Shown here: piece after piece, positions 30,967 to 41,006 of the stretch
How the letters are laid out: each line of letters begins with the position of its first letter
How positions within the stretch are numbered: position 1 is the first letter of the stretch
Source of the DNA: Candidatus Parcubacteria bacterium
Lineage (GTDB): Bacteria; Patescibacteriota; Minisyncoccia; SURF-38
Length of the DNA: 64,000 nucleotides
Assembly (NCBI GenBank): GCA_003599335.1
Contig: QZJN01000001.1
Location: forward strand, 6,167-70,166
Direction: 5' to 3'
Made by a program: the position numbers and the translations under genes
Notes under the pieces: generated by a model
Seen by the model: only the letters and a program-made list of their open reading frames with translations
What the model was told of the DNA's origin: nothing
Database searches by the model: none

Positions 30967-30970
30967 AAAG

Positions 30971-32008
30971 ATGCGTTTGCTTATTCTTACACAGACGATT
31001 CATAAGGATGACAATTTGTTGGGTTTTTTTCACTCCTGGCTTGAGAGATTTTCAACAAAATTTTCTTCGCTTGTTGCCATTTGTTTATTTATGGGTAGGG
31101 TAGAGCTTCCAAATAATGTTAAAGTTCTTTCTTTAGGAAAAGAGCATCGTTCTTCAAAGTTGTCGCGCATACTCAAATTTTATAAATATATTTGGGAAGA
31201 AAGAAAAAATTACGACGCCGTTTTCGTTCATATGAACCAGATTTATGTTTTGCTGGGAGGTTTGCTTTGGAAAGTTTTGGGTAAAAGAATCTACTTATGG
31301 AGAAACCATACTGAGGGTAATATTTTGACAAATATCGCGGTTATTCTTTCGGATAAAGTTTTTTGTACATCACCTTTTTCCTACACCGCTCGTTTTAAGA
31401 AAACACAGATAATGCCTGCTGGGGTTGACACGGCTGTATTTAAAAAAGATTTTAAGGCAGATAAATTTAAAAATTCGGTGCTTTGTTTTGGAAGAATTAG
31501 TCCTGTAAAGAAGATTGAGGTTTTGATTGAAGCGGCAAAAGAACTTAAAGAAAGGGCAGTTTTATTTGAAGCTCATATTATTGGCGACACTCTTTTGAGA
31601 GATAAAAAATATCTTAAATTTTTGAAGGAGATGGTTAAGATTTACAAACTTTCAGAGAGGGTTTTCTTTAGGGATGGCGTGCCGTATTCAAAGGCAAATG
31701 CCTTATACAATGGATACAAGATATATGTTAATTTTACGGCCTCGGGCTCTCTTGATAAGACAATTTTGGAGGCTATGAGTTGTGAGATGCCGGTGCTTGT
31801 TTCTAATAAATCCTTTGAGGGGGTTATAGACGAGCGATGCATTTTTTCGGAAGGAGATAGTCATGATTTAGCTTTAAAACTAGAAAGACTTTTTGATTTA
31901 AACAAGGAAGAGGAAGAGCTGCTTGGGGAAAAACTCCGTGATTATGTTATTAAAAACCACAGTTTAGACGCTCTTATAGATCGTCTGACACCAATACTCA
32001 ATGGATAA
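30971..32008 (+). CDS. Glycosyltransferase family 4
   Basis: MRLLILTQ start 4 nt after the asnB stop; GRISPVK; SGSLDKTILEAMSCE. Confidence 0.85.
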   Translation: MRLLILTQTIHKDDNLLGFFHSWLERFSTKFSSLVAICLFMGRVELPNNVKVLSLGKEHRSSKLSRILKFYKYIWEERKNYDAVFVHMNQIYVLLGGLLWKVLGKRIYLWRNHTEGNILTNIAVILSDKVFCTSPFSYTARFKKTQIMPAGVDTAVFKKDFKADKFKNSVLCFGRISPVKKIEVLIEAAKELKERAVLFEAHIIGDTLLRDKKYLKFLKEMVKIYKLSERVFFRDGVPYSKANALYNGYKIYVNFTASGSLDKTILEAMSCEMPVLVSNKSFEGVIDERCIFSEGDSHDLALKLERLFDLNKEEEELLGEKLRDYVIKNHSLDALIDRLTPILNG

Positions 32009-32921
32009 CAATTCAAGCTCATTTCATAATTTAAACGCTGATAAGGGTTTGAAAATATGGCAAAAGCCAATTTATCTTTTAGTTAATGTGATTAATAATT
32101 TGTTGCCAAATTTGAATGGCGATCCAAGGTTGAAGCCAATTTCGTTTAGGCCAAAGGTTTCAAAAGAAGATTGGTTCTCCATAGAAAAAACTGCGTCTAT
32201 GGCCCGAAAATGGTCTCATTTATTTTGGATGAGTTTGCCTTGGGACAAATTCTCTAAAAAAATAGGCAGTTTGAATATTCTTGATATCGGGTGTGGCCCG
32301 GGTGGTTATGGGCCACGCTTTCTTAAATGGGGAGGCAAAAACATATCTTCTTACCTTGGGGTTGATCCTTTGCCAAAAAGACAAGATAGATGGAATTTGC
32401 TTATGAAGCAAGATCCTCGCTTAAAATATAAAGTCGGTACGGCCGGAGATATAGAGAGCCTGCTTGAAGGTCAAATAAATATGGTTGTTTCTCAATCGGC
32501 CCTGGAACATATTGATTACGATATTTTGTTTTTCCGGCGCATAGCGGAATCTTTAAAGAAAAATCCAAAGCCGTTTTTGCAAATTCATCTTATCCCAGCT
32601 GCTTCAACTTTGGCTTTGTATCTTTTTCACGGCATTCGTCAGTATACGCCAAGCACAATATCAAAGATTACCAAATTGTTTCCAGATGCGGATGTGAAGC
32701 TTTATGGCCTTGGCGGTTGGTCAAGCTGGTTTTTACACTGGAAGGTTTTGACTTGGCCTTTGCTTATAAAGCGTAAGGAAAATCTTACAAACCGAGCAGA
32801 TTATCCCGGAAGATCGTGGTCGGCTTTTTCTGAAGATGTAAAGAAAAGTTCTGGGCCGGCATTATTTTATGCCTTGGTAATAGCTTCTGGTATTAATAAA
32901 AGTATTTTTAACCAAAAATAG
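32001..32921 (+). CDS. Class I SAM-dependent methyltransferase
   Basis: ILDIGCGPG; SQSALEHI. Confidence 0.8.
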   Translation: MDNNSSSFHNLNADKGLKIWQKPIYLLVNVINNLLPNLNGDPRLKPISFRPKVSKEDWFSIEKTASMARKWSHLFWMSLPWDKFSKKIGSLNILDIGCGPGGYGPRFLKWGGKNISSYLGVDPLPKRQDRWNLLMKQDPRLKYKVGTAGDIESLLEGQINMVVSQSALEHIDYDILFFRRIAESLKKNPKPFLQIHLIPAASTLALYLFHGIRQYTPSTISKITKLFPDADVKLYGLGGWSSWFLHWKVLTWPLLIKRKENLTNRADYPGRSWSAFSEDVKKSSGPALFYALVIASGINKSIFNQK

Positions 32922-33849
32922 ATCTTTTGGCGGTTCTGAAGATTAACGAAGCCACGATACGCAGGAGTGTTGGGGCTTCTTTAAGATTGACAGTCTCTTT
33001 GCGATAAAATTCAAAGAAAAGTTTCAGGCAAAGAATGAAAAAAATAAACCATTGGTCAAGCGAGAGGGGATAACCGCTTCGGTATTTTTTAACGGTGTCA
33101 ATCTCTTGCTCGGAAAGTTTGGTGTACCTTTGCATATTTTGGAGAGTGATATTTGAAACGGTATCAAGATTTGTTTTGCCGGCTTTCTTGGTAAAAGATT
33201 CTTTATGAATTTTGTATGTTAGAAGCGGTTGGTGCAGATTTGTAATTTTTAATCCATCGGCAAGCATTCTGCTCCAGATATCATAATCTTCAGATCGTGG
33301 CAAAGATTCATTATAGCCGTATCTTTTTATGATTTCCGAGCGGCACATTGCCGTTGGATGAAATATTGGCGTTTCAAATAATGAAATAAATTTTGTTGCA
33401 ACCGGAGTTTTTGGTCTCCAGGAAATTTTAGAAACGTTTTTATCATCAAATACGGCAATTATTCTAGTGCCGACGCAGGAAATTAGGGGATTGTTATCCA
33501 AAAATTCTTTCTGAAGTTTTAGGCGTTCTGGCAGGCTTTCATCGTCTGCATCCATTCTGGCTATATAAAGCCCATTGCTTTCTTTAAGACCAATATTAAG
33601 AGTTTTTTGTAAACCAAGGTGTTGGTTTCTGATGAGTTTGATTCTTTTATCCTTAAATTGATTTATGACATCTACAGTATTGTCGGTTGAGCCATCGTCG
33701 ACAATAACAAACTCAAAATCTTTGTAGCTTTGATTGAGGATGCTCTTGATAGCATTTCCAACAAATTTAGCTCCGTTGTAGACGGGCATCATTACGCTTA
33801 TTTGAGGCGCGTTAGTTGGTTTTGAGGACACGTTTGAAGATTTCCTCAT
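32908..33849 (-). CDS. Glycosyltransferase family 2
   Basis: ISVMMPVYN, VDDGSTD, ARMDADD, SEDY; start chosen at MRKSS. Confidence 0.9.
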   Translation of the reverse strand: MRKSSNVSSKPTNAPQISVMMPVYNGAKFVGNAIKSILNQSYKDFEFVIVDDGSTDNTVDVINQFKDKRIKLIRNQHLGLQKTLNIGLKESNGLYIARMDADDESLPERLKLQKEFLDNNPLISCVGTRIIAVFDDKNVSKISWRPKTPVATKFISLFETPIFHPTAMCRSEIIKRYGYNESLPRSEDYDIWSRMLADGLKITNLHQPLLTYKIHKESFTKKAGKTNLDTVSNITLQNMQRYTKLSEQEIDTVKKYRSGYPLSLDQWFIFFILCLKLFFEFYRKETVNLKEAPTLLRIVASLIFRTAKRSIFG

Positions 33850-34942
33850 GTTTATCAACCCATTGGATAGAGTCAAAGTTTGCGACAGCATGTTTTCTTG
33901 CGCCAATACTCCATTTTTGCAAATCTTTTGAGATTAACTCAACCGCATCGGCCACGGCTTCCGGTTTTGGATAATAAAGTTTTTCCCAAGATAAAGGCAC
34001 GTCTAATAAAATGCCGGCTGTTGGGGCGATCCATTCTGCGACGCCACCGCTTTTTGATCCTATAACTGGCAGACCCGAACTCATGGCTTCAAGTATCGCC
34101 GTTGGCGATGAATCCATATGTTTTAGATGGATAAAAATATGTGATGTTCTGTAAAGCTCTGGAGCTTCATGTTGAAGGAATTTTCCGCGTCTCAAAACTT
34201 TATTTTCTAGTCTCAATTCCGATATTTTTTTGGTTATGTCATTTTCTGCATCTTTCCACTCGGAAGGCCCTATTATTGCAAGGGTTGCTTCCAAACCCCG
34301 ATTTAAAAGGATTCTTAACGTTTCAAGAGGTATAAAAACTTTTTCTTTTGTCATGTGGGTGCCCATTATGAGCAGTTTGATTGGTTTTTGAGGTAAATTA
34401 TTTTCTGGCGGTCTGAAAAGTTTTGTATCTACACAGTTTGTTACTATGTCATAAGGACTTTTAGTTTGTATTACCCATTCATCCGCGCATTTTTTTGCAA
34501 AGCGGCTTTGGTATGCCACGAAATCTGCCTGGGCTAAAGGTTTCATTGTTTCGTTAATGCTTTGCCAAGTTTTTGGGGCCCATGCCGGATAACCAATTCC
34601 GTTTTGATTCCATACGATTTTTACACCGGCTTTTTTTGCTTCAGAAACCCAAATGTCAGGAAATCCAGGCAGGGTGCTTGACACTAAATATAAAATATTG
34701 AAGTTTCTTTGATATTCACCAAACCTTTTTCGCAGATGAGTTAGTTTTACCTTACCCCCTCTTATAAACGAACCCTCTTTTGGAAGTATGCCAGCAAAGC
34801 TGATGCGGGGGGTGTCTTTCTTGCCAGGGCAGTCTCGCATTATTAATTTCAAGTATAGATGCAAGCCGGCTCTTTTTAGTTTTTTCGGCATCAATACGCG
34901 TATAAATCTTGGAATTTTGTTTATTATCATTGATTTTGGCAT
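33812..34942 (-). CDS. Glycosyltransferase family 4
   Basis: DSSPTAILEAMSSGLPVIG...GGVAE. Confidence 0.85.
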   Translation of the reverse strand: MPKSMIINKIPRFIRVLMPKKLKRAGLHLYLKLIMRDCPGKKDTPRISFAGILPKEGSFIRGGKVKLTHLRKRFGEYQRNFNILYLVSSTLPGFPDIWVSEAKKAGVKIVWNQNGIGYPAWAPKTWQSINETMKPLAQADFVAYQSRFAKKCADEWVIQTKSPYDIVTNCVDTKLFRPPENNLPQKPIKLLIMGTHMTKEKVFIPLETLRILLNRGLEATLAIIGPSEWKDAENDITKKISELRLENKVLRRGKFLQHEAPELYRTSHIFIHLKHMDSSPTAILEAMSSGLPVIGSKSGGVAEWIAPTAGILLDVPLSWEKLYYPKPEAVADAVELISKDLQKWSIGARKHAVANFDSIQWVDKHEEIFKRVLKTN

Positions 34943-35877
34943 AAAATCTCTAAATATTTTTTTGCAGTCTCCGATAAGTTGGAAAGATTTATTTTGTTCC
35001 TATACGAGTCAATTTTTTTAGATATTTTTTCTACGGCTTCTAAAAGGCTTGGCCCGTCATTAAAGGCAACTCCGGCTTCTTTAACTATCTCGGGATGTCC
35101 GCCGGAAGAGCGGTATGCGGCAGGTAATCCGCAGGCCAAAGCTTCCAAGAGAGCATTGCTGCAAGGGTCGTCTTCGCTTGCAGCTATATAGATATCGTGT
35201 TGCTTTAGTATATTTGCAACTTCTTCGGATGGCACCGGCGGCAAGACTTTAGCCTGGCGGAAAGCGGCTTTTGTACGGCCGACAAATGTAAGCTCGTATC
35301 GGTTTTGGTTTAAATTTTTATCTAACCATTCAAGAATCGGTCCGCCCTTTTTTGGATTATCTGACCAAGCCGTGGCTATAAGCTTAATTTTTCTTTTGCC
35401 ATCGGGCGCGGTAATTCGTTCTTTTTGATTAAAAATTTCAGGATCAATGGTGTTTATAATTACTCTTGGATTTTTGAATTTGAGACCAATCTCCATATAC
35501 TTGTTTGCGCTAAAATTTGAAATAAAAATAGTTGCATCTGCAAATTCGCTGTTAATTTTTTGAGTTTGTTTATCTATTTTTATGTCTGTTCCTCTATAAA
35601 TCCCTATTGGACCGCCGAGTCTGTGAACTATATGTAGGTTTGGGAATACTTTCTTCCATCTTTTTGGCAGCGACTGGTCAAAATTAAAAGAGTTCATTAA
35701 AACAGCTTTGGTTTTCGAGCCTGGAGAGCTGCCGATAGAATAGCCTTGTTTTATTATTTCTTTTCTCAATGCTAAAAGAAATTGATTGCCACCCCCATAA
35801 GGCGGTTTGTGGAACTCGTATAAAAAGACAATATCTGGCCCTGATTTTAATTTTAGAAAATAATCAAAAAACGACAT
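34927..35877 (-). CDS. Glycosyltransferase family 4-like
   Basis: PYGGGNQF; DPCSNALLEALACGLP. Confidence 0.82.
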   Translation of the reverse strand: MSFFDYFLKLKSGPDIVFLYEFHKPPYGGGNQFLLALRKEIIKQGYSIGSSPGSKTKAVLMNSFNFDQSLPKRWKKVFPNLHIVHRLGGPIGIYRGTDIKIDKQTQKINSEFADATIFISNFSANKYMEIGLKFKNPRVIINTIDPEIFNQKERITAPDGKRKIKLIATAWSDNPKKGGPILEWLDKNLNQNRYELTFVGRTKAAFRQAKVLPPVPSEEVANILKQHDIYIAASEDDPCSNALLEALACGLPAAYRSSGGHPEIVKEAGVAFNDGPSLLEAVEKISKKIDSYRNKINLSNLSETAKKYLEILCQNQ

Positions 35878-36946
35878 GTTCGTTGAAAATTTTTCTCCAT
35901 AAATTGTCCAAGTTTTCGTGGGTGTATTTTTCTGCTATAAAGCGGCCTTCTGCGATTAAACTTATTTTTTCAGACTCGTTCATCTGCGATACTAAAATAA
36001 GATTTTCATTTAGGGTTGCTATATCTTCCGGATCTGACAAAAGAGCATTTTTGCCGTGGGTTGCCAGATCAAAGACTTGCCCCACACGTGTTGAAACCAG
36101 TGGTATGCCAGAAGCTAGGGATTCTAAAAAGGCCTTTGGCCCGCCTTCATCCCGAGAAGAAATTAAGTAAGCATCCAGGGCTTGGTAGAGCCTGCTAATA
36201 TCCTTGTATTTTGAAGGATAAGAATGTTTAAAGGGAATATTTATCTTTCTTAATCCGTTTTTAATATAACCCCTTGCTGGTCCCGATAAAAGCACAAATA
36301 GGTTCGGAATATATTTTTTTGCTTTGGATAGGGTTTCTAAAAAAACATCCGGCCCTTTGATCATTTTTGGCTCAAGGCCCTCGTTCCAACCTATGCCGTC
36401 TTTTTGAAATGATCCGACAACAAAAGAATCTTCTGGGATATCTAGTTCTTTTCGCGATTTTTGACGCATAAGCATGGTTGTAAGAGGAAACCACTCTATC
36501 CTAATTCCAATCGGTATCCGATAAATAATATTTTTTGAAGCTCCAGCGTTTAGAATCCATTGTTCTGTTAGAGAATTGGATACGCGCACGCGTAAAGATT
36601 CTCCGGGAAAATTTAGCAAAGCCTCCAGGGGTTTTTCAAAATTTTCCTGTAATCCCGAATAGCCATGGAAAAAATCAACAGACATTCTTTTGCTCATGGT
36701 TGTAAAAGCTGGGTAGGAAAACAAAAATTGCGATGTTATATGCACGCATTGTTTTGTTTTCCATGGTCTTGGTTCAACAACATAAGACCCAATACCAATT
36801 CTTTTTGCCGCGTCAGCTGTTTCCTTGGCGTCTATGTCAAGGCTCCAGCCAGAGCCTTCTGACATAACCATTAGCCTTGAGTAGGGTTTTTCGAGGCCGG
36901 CCCGCAAGTGAGAAATAATTGTTTTGGAGAGTTTAAAAATATTCAT
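35864..36946 (-). CDS. Glycosyltransferase family 4-like
   Basis: GSFQKDG...KGPD; SRDEGGPKAFLESLASGIP. Confidence 0.82.
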   Translation of the reverse strand: MNIFKLSKTIISHLRAGLEKPYSRLMVMSEGSGWSLDIDAKETADAAKRIGIGSYVVEPRPWKTKQCVHITSQFLFSYPAFTTMSKRMSVDFFHGYSGLQENFEKPLEALLNFPGESLRVRVSNSLTEQWILNAGASKNIIYRIPIGIRIEWFPLTTMLMRQKSRKELDIPEDSFVVGSFQKDGIGWNEGLEPKMIKGPDVFLETLSKAKKYIPNLFVLLSGPARGYIKNGLRKINIPFKHSYPSKYKDISRLYQALDAYLISSRDEGGPKAFLESLASGIPLVSTRVGQVFDLATHGKNALLSDPEDIATLNENLILVSQMNESEKISLIAEGRFIAEKYTHENLDNLWRKIFNEHVVF

Positions 36947-37711
36947 TTATTTTGGGATGGCTTCACACCAAAATTCACCCCACCTAGATTCAACATATTT
37001 AATTTTAAGGCCCGCTTGGCTTAATTCGGCCTCAAGGGTTTCTGGCGTGTATTCAATGAAGTGAGTATTATCGAGCCTGGAATCAATACCAAGTTCGTCC
37101 ATTAGAGGTACAAGCCATTCTCTGTCGTATCTTGGTATTCGTAAGAGCCAGCGCTTGGGCCTTAGTTGCGCCTGGGCTTTTTTGAGAAAACCAACTCTAT
37201 CTTTAAAATGTTCAAGGACATTGGACATAACCGCGGTATCAAAGGTTTCGTTGGGGAGGCTTTTTAGGGCATCCCCAAGAATATAAGTTACCAAAGGATG
37301 TGAAAATTCTTTTTCCGCCTGTTTTAGATTTTTAGGAGAAAGTTCCATGCCAACAACCCTAGCCTTGCCATGTTTGGCCATATCATATGCTAAAGCGCCT
37401 ATGCCAGAACCGATATCTATTACTCGTTCTTCTGGTTTTAGTCTGGAATAAAAAAAACGATGATAATCCATCAGGCGATGTTTTGGATGAACCCCTTTGT
37501 TATAGCGGGTTGCCTGGAAGCTTATTTGTTCCTGTAAAAATTTATACATCATTGTTAAGAGATGTACTCCATCCTTTGGTTTTAGGCCCCAGGAGATTTC
37601 TTTCCAAAGAATCAATGATAGTTTTGCTATTCGTTCCGCAACCGGCAGTTTGATTACTCTTGAGGCTGCAGAGGCGGATTTTCTGATTAAAAATTGTATG
37701 ATTCTTTTCAT
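36947..37711 (-). CDS. Class I SAM-dependent methyltransferase
   Basis: VIDIGSGIG; SNVLEH. Confidence 0.82.
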   Translation of the reverse strand: MKRIIQFLIRKSASAASRVIKLPVAERIAKLSLILWKEISWGLKPKDGVHLLTMMYKFLQEQISFQATRYNKGVHPKHRLMDYHRFFYSRLKPEERVIDIGSGIGALAYDMAKHGKARVVGMELSPKNLKQAEKEFSHPLVTYILGDALKSLPNETFDTAVMSNVLEHFKDRVGFLKKAQAQLRPKRWLLRIPRYDREWLVPLMDELGIDSRLDNTHFIEYTPETLEAELSQAGLKIKYVESRWGEFWCEAIPK

Positions 37712-37717
37712 TTTTGC

Positions 37718-39499
37718 TTATATTTTATTTAAAAGCTTTTCGTTGCCAGGAGCAACAAACAATTCATTATTGATCAAAACCATATCCAGTTTTGTTTTTG
37801 TCAACATTTCCAACCCCACGGAGCAATAATTTAGTATTGGCTCTCCGGCCGGGTTGAAGGATGTATTTAACAAAATTGGAACGCCGGCTATTTTTTCAAA
37901 AGCCTTTAGGGTGTCGTACAAGAATTGATTATGAGGTCGTCTTACTGTTTGTATCCGAGCCGAGCCGTCAACGTGGGTTATGGATGGTAATTTTTTCTGC
38001 CACTCCGGTTTTGTATAACATATGACAGACATATAAGGCACATCATTTTGAGCCGTAAAATATTTATGAGAATCTTCGGCGGTTACAACCGGAGCAAAAG
38101 GACGATACCATTCTCTATGCTTCACTTTATCGTTTAAAATATCACGCATATCCGGATTTAACGGATTGCATAAAATAGAGCGATTCCCTAAGGCTCTTGG
38201 CCCGACTTCGTAGCGGCCTCTTATAACTCCGACAATGATGTCTTGCGATAACAGTTTGGCAAGAATATCTGGGAGATTTTTTTCATCAATAATCTTGCTT
38301 GGGTATTGGTTTTTTAGCTTTGGCAGTTCTGCTAAATCAAAAGCTTCAAGACCAAGGTAGGGAGAAAAATACTCCCCGTAGCCATTGAATTTTTCGCCGG
38401 AAATTTTCCAATAGGTGTGAAGCGCGGCTCCTGAAGCAAGGCCACAATCTGTTGGATTTGGCAGAAAGTGAATATTTTTAAACATCCCAGATTGTTCTAT
38501 CGCATAATTTGTTATTCCGTTTAGAGCACATCCTCCTATAACACAAAGGTTTTCGGAGACTCCTTCACATTTTTTTAGGAGTTTAAGAACTTCATCTGTC
38601 CAGGCGTGCTGGACGGTTTGGGCTAAATCCTGGGCATCTTTATTGTCTAGGTTCGGGAATTCAAAATTTTTATTTGAAACTCTTCCTAAAAATTGATAAG
38701 AGAACCATTTAAACCAACTAAGTGAATCTGGTTTTGAGGTTGGCCTTGTGTATTTAGAAAGTTCAGGAATATCCGCAAGGGCGACGGCATTTGAACGGAA
38801 AAATTTTCCATAACTATTTAATTCTTTATTTGGATTATCAAGGTAGGGTAGTTTAAGGTATTTTTCGATGTATTTTTTGGCGTAGGGCAGCCATTCTTTT
38901 CGTACTTGGCCATAAGAACAAAGCCCCATTGTCTTGCCGGAAGTTGTGCCGCAAATTTCAGGTTTTATTCCCAGGAGATATCCAAGATTGTTGTAATTCT
39001 TTCCAAATTCAATTGAATTATTTTCCAAATATTTTAATCCCGAAGCGTTGTCTGCAGAAAATACAATTGTGTGGCCGTCATTGCCCGAGCCGTCATAGCT
39101 TAGTATAAGAGCCTTGGTAAATGGCGACGTATAGAAAGCAAGAGAGCCGTGGCTTAGATGATGATCAATGTGGTTAAAATTTAACCATGAGAAGCCCAAT
39201 TTCTTTAAAATTATCTTAAAATTTTCAAATTCTTCTTTTCTGCCTTGGTTTTGTACTGCTATAGCATCAAAGTTTTTACCCCACCTTGGCGTAAGCTCGT
39301 TTTTTAAAAAGGACTCAAGCTCGGCTGTATCTACATACTGAAAGGTGCTTTGGATTTTTTTTGGTTCAAGTGTAAGACAATTTAGTTTATAACGTTTTCT
39401 CCTAAAATATCTTTCGGCTTCTATTGCGGCTTTTACCTTACCATCTTCAACGATGGCAAAATTTGTATCATGTCCAAGCGATATGCCAAGAACTTTCAT
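37718..39499 (-). CDS. Carbamoyltransferase (NodU/CmcH family)
   Basis: GHD...EAER, HHLSH, GGCALN, GPRALGNRSIL, REWYRPFAP, HVDGSARIQTV, LNTSFN. Confidence 0.92.
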   Translation of the reverse strand: MKVLGISLGHDTNFAIVEDGKVKAAIEAERYFRRKRYKLNCLTLEPKKIQSTFQYVDTAELESFLKNELTPRWGKNFDAIAVQNQGRKEEFENFKIILKKLGFSWLNFNHIDHHLSHGSLAFYTSPFTKALILSYDGSGNDGHTIVFSADNASGLKYLENNSIEFGKNYNNLGYLLGIKPEICGTTSGKTMGLCSYGQVRKEWLPYAKKYIEKYLKLPYLDNPNKELNSYGKFFRSNAVALADIPELSKYTRPTSKPDSLSWFKWFSYQFLGRVSNKNFEFPNLDNKDAQDLAQTVQHAWTDEVLKLLKKCEGVSENLCVIGGCALNGITNYAIEQSGMFKNIHFLPNPTDCGLASGAALHTYWKISGEKFNGYGEYFSPYLGLEAFDLAELPKLKNQYPSKIIDEKNLPDILAKLLSQDIIVGVIRGRYEVGPRALGNRSILCNPLNPDMRDILNDKVKHREWYRPFAPVVTAEDSHKYFTAQNDVPYMSVICYTKPEWQKKLPSITHVDGSARIQTVRRPHNQFLYDTLKAFEKIAGVPILLNTSFNPAGEPILNYCSVGLEMLTKTKLDMVLINNELFVAPGNEKLLNKI

Positions 39500-39500
39500 T

Positions 39501-40322
39501 TTATTTGAAGCAATGGTAAACGACGTGCGGGACGTCTGTGTTGGTTTTGAAATTTTTCAGATTGAATCTCGAAACAATTTCAACCTTTGAAAACCCGCTT
39601 GCCAACGCGAGTTTTTTGAAAGCCTCTGGGGAAAAGTGAAAGAAAGTTCCACCCCTGTCTCCCCAATAAGTTACAATCCTATCTTTAAAAGAAGGGCTTA
39701 GATTTAAAAGTTTGAGCCACCAATTGGCTTTTTTTGATCCCGACAATGTTGCAAGGGTTATTATGCAAAGTTTTTTTGTTGCAAGATACAACTGCTCCGT
39801 TGCTTCTACGGGGTTTTTTAGGTGTTCAATCAGGTCTCCGCAAAAAACAAGGTCAAATGATCGTTTTAAGTTAACGAGATCGTATATTGAGTAATTTTGA
39901 TAATTTATAGAAGAGTTAAGAAGTTTTTTGGCCATTAAAATGAGGTGGACTTCTTTAAGGCCAAGTCTTTTTGCTAAGCCTAAAAATTTTGAATTTTGAT
40001 TCTGTCGAGAGAGATACTTTTCATCAAACGACTTTATTTGTCCTAAAGAAGGGGATATTGCCGTTGTGCCATCAGATTTGTTTGTATCAACCGCCAATAC
40101 TTCTTTGGCGCCTTTTTTTTCAAATTCAAACGAAAAGAATCCATCGGCACATCCAACGTCCAAAACACTCATTTCTTTAAGGGATTGGGGTATTTTATAA
40201 AAGCGAAGATGTTCCCTGTGGTCATAAACCCCTTTTGAGGTTAGGCCCTTTGGAAATTCTAAGGTGTGGTACCACGTTGCGTTTTCCAAGAAACTTTTTA
40301 TTTCGTCTTCTTTTATATCCAT
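39501..40322 (-). CDS. SAM-dependent methyltransferase (CmoB/DUF1698-like)
   Basis: WYHTLEF; VLDVGCADGFFSFE; FDLVFCGDLIEHL. Confidence 0.8.
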   Translation of the reverse strand: MDIKEDEIKSFLENATWYHTLEFPKGLTSKGVYDHREHLRFYKIPQSLKEMSVLDVGCADGFFSFEFEKKGAKEVLAVDTNKSDGTTAISPSLGQIKSFDEKYLSRQNQNSKFLGLAKRLGLKEVHLILMAKKLLNSSINYQNYSIYDLVNLKRSFDLVFCGDLIEHLKNPVEATEQLYLATKKLCIITLATLSGSKKANWWLKLLNLSPSFKDRIVTYWGDRGGTFFHFSPEAFKKLALASGFSKVEIVSRFNLKNFKTNTDVPHVVYHCFK

Positions 40323-40325
40323 AAT

Positions 40326-41006
40326 TTATTTTAAAAAGGTAAGGCCGTATCCGGTAGTCCAGGCTTGCAGAGATTCTGCTTTACATTTTTTATCAAGCCA
40401 CATAAGTATTTTCAGGAAAGGATTTTCAAATATGCGGCGGATTATTTTTTTAAAAATAATACCAATTGAACTTGTTGTTGGCGCGAGGAATAAGTGCTGC
40501 ATTGCAAGGGCTAAAACGGCAAAGATTGTGCCTTGTTTTTCTATTTCAGCTTTGGAAAATCCAGTTTTTAGGGCAGCCTCTAGCCAGTAATTTTCTGTAT
40601 AGCGTCCAAAGTCATAAGGATCGGCGTGTATAGGATACATAAAGGGGGTGGTGGCTAGCAATACTCCTCCTTTTTTTAGTAATCTGTTAGCTTCTTTCAA
40701 AACCTCCATTGGCTCTGCTACGTGTTCTAAAAGTTCTCCCATAATGGCAATGTCACAGGACTCATCTGCTAAGGGTATGTTCGAAGCATCGGCGACAATA
40801 TCCGGCTTTGATCTTGGATCAAGGTTCACATAAATAACTTTTGCTCCGTAAGAATCTATGTTAAATAATCCGCGCTTTTTATCACGCTTGCCGCCAATGT
40901 CAATTATCTGGGAAGTTTTGTTTATAAAACCTCTTTTTGCGAAGAAAAATTCATCAATGAAATGTCTTCGGACGGAAAAAGATAAAGAAGTTCTTTGTTT
41001 TCTCAT
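40326..41006 (-). CDS. Class I SAM-dependent methyltransferase (type 11-like)
   Basis: IDIGG; ELLEHV; PFMYPIHADPYDFGRYT; ATG overlaps the flippase TGA. Confidence 0.82.
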   Translation of the reverse strand: MRKQRTSLSFSVRRHFIDEFFFAKRGFINKTSQIIDIGGKRDKKRGLFNIDSYGAKVIYVNLDPRSKPDIVADASNIPLADESCDIAIMGELLEHVAEPMEVLKEANRLLKKGGVLLATTPFMYPIHADPYDFGRYTENYWLEAALKTGFSKAEIEKQGTIFAVLALAMQHLFLAPTTSSIGIIFKKIIRRIFENPFLKILMWLDKKCKAESLQAWTTGYGLTFLK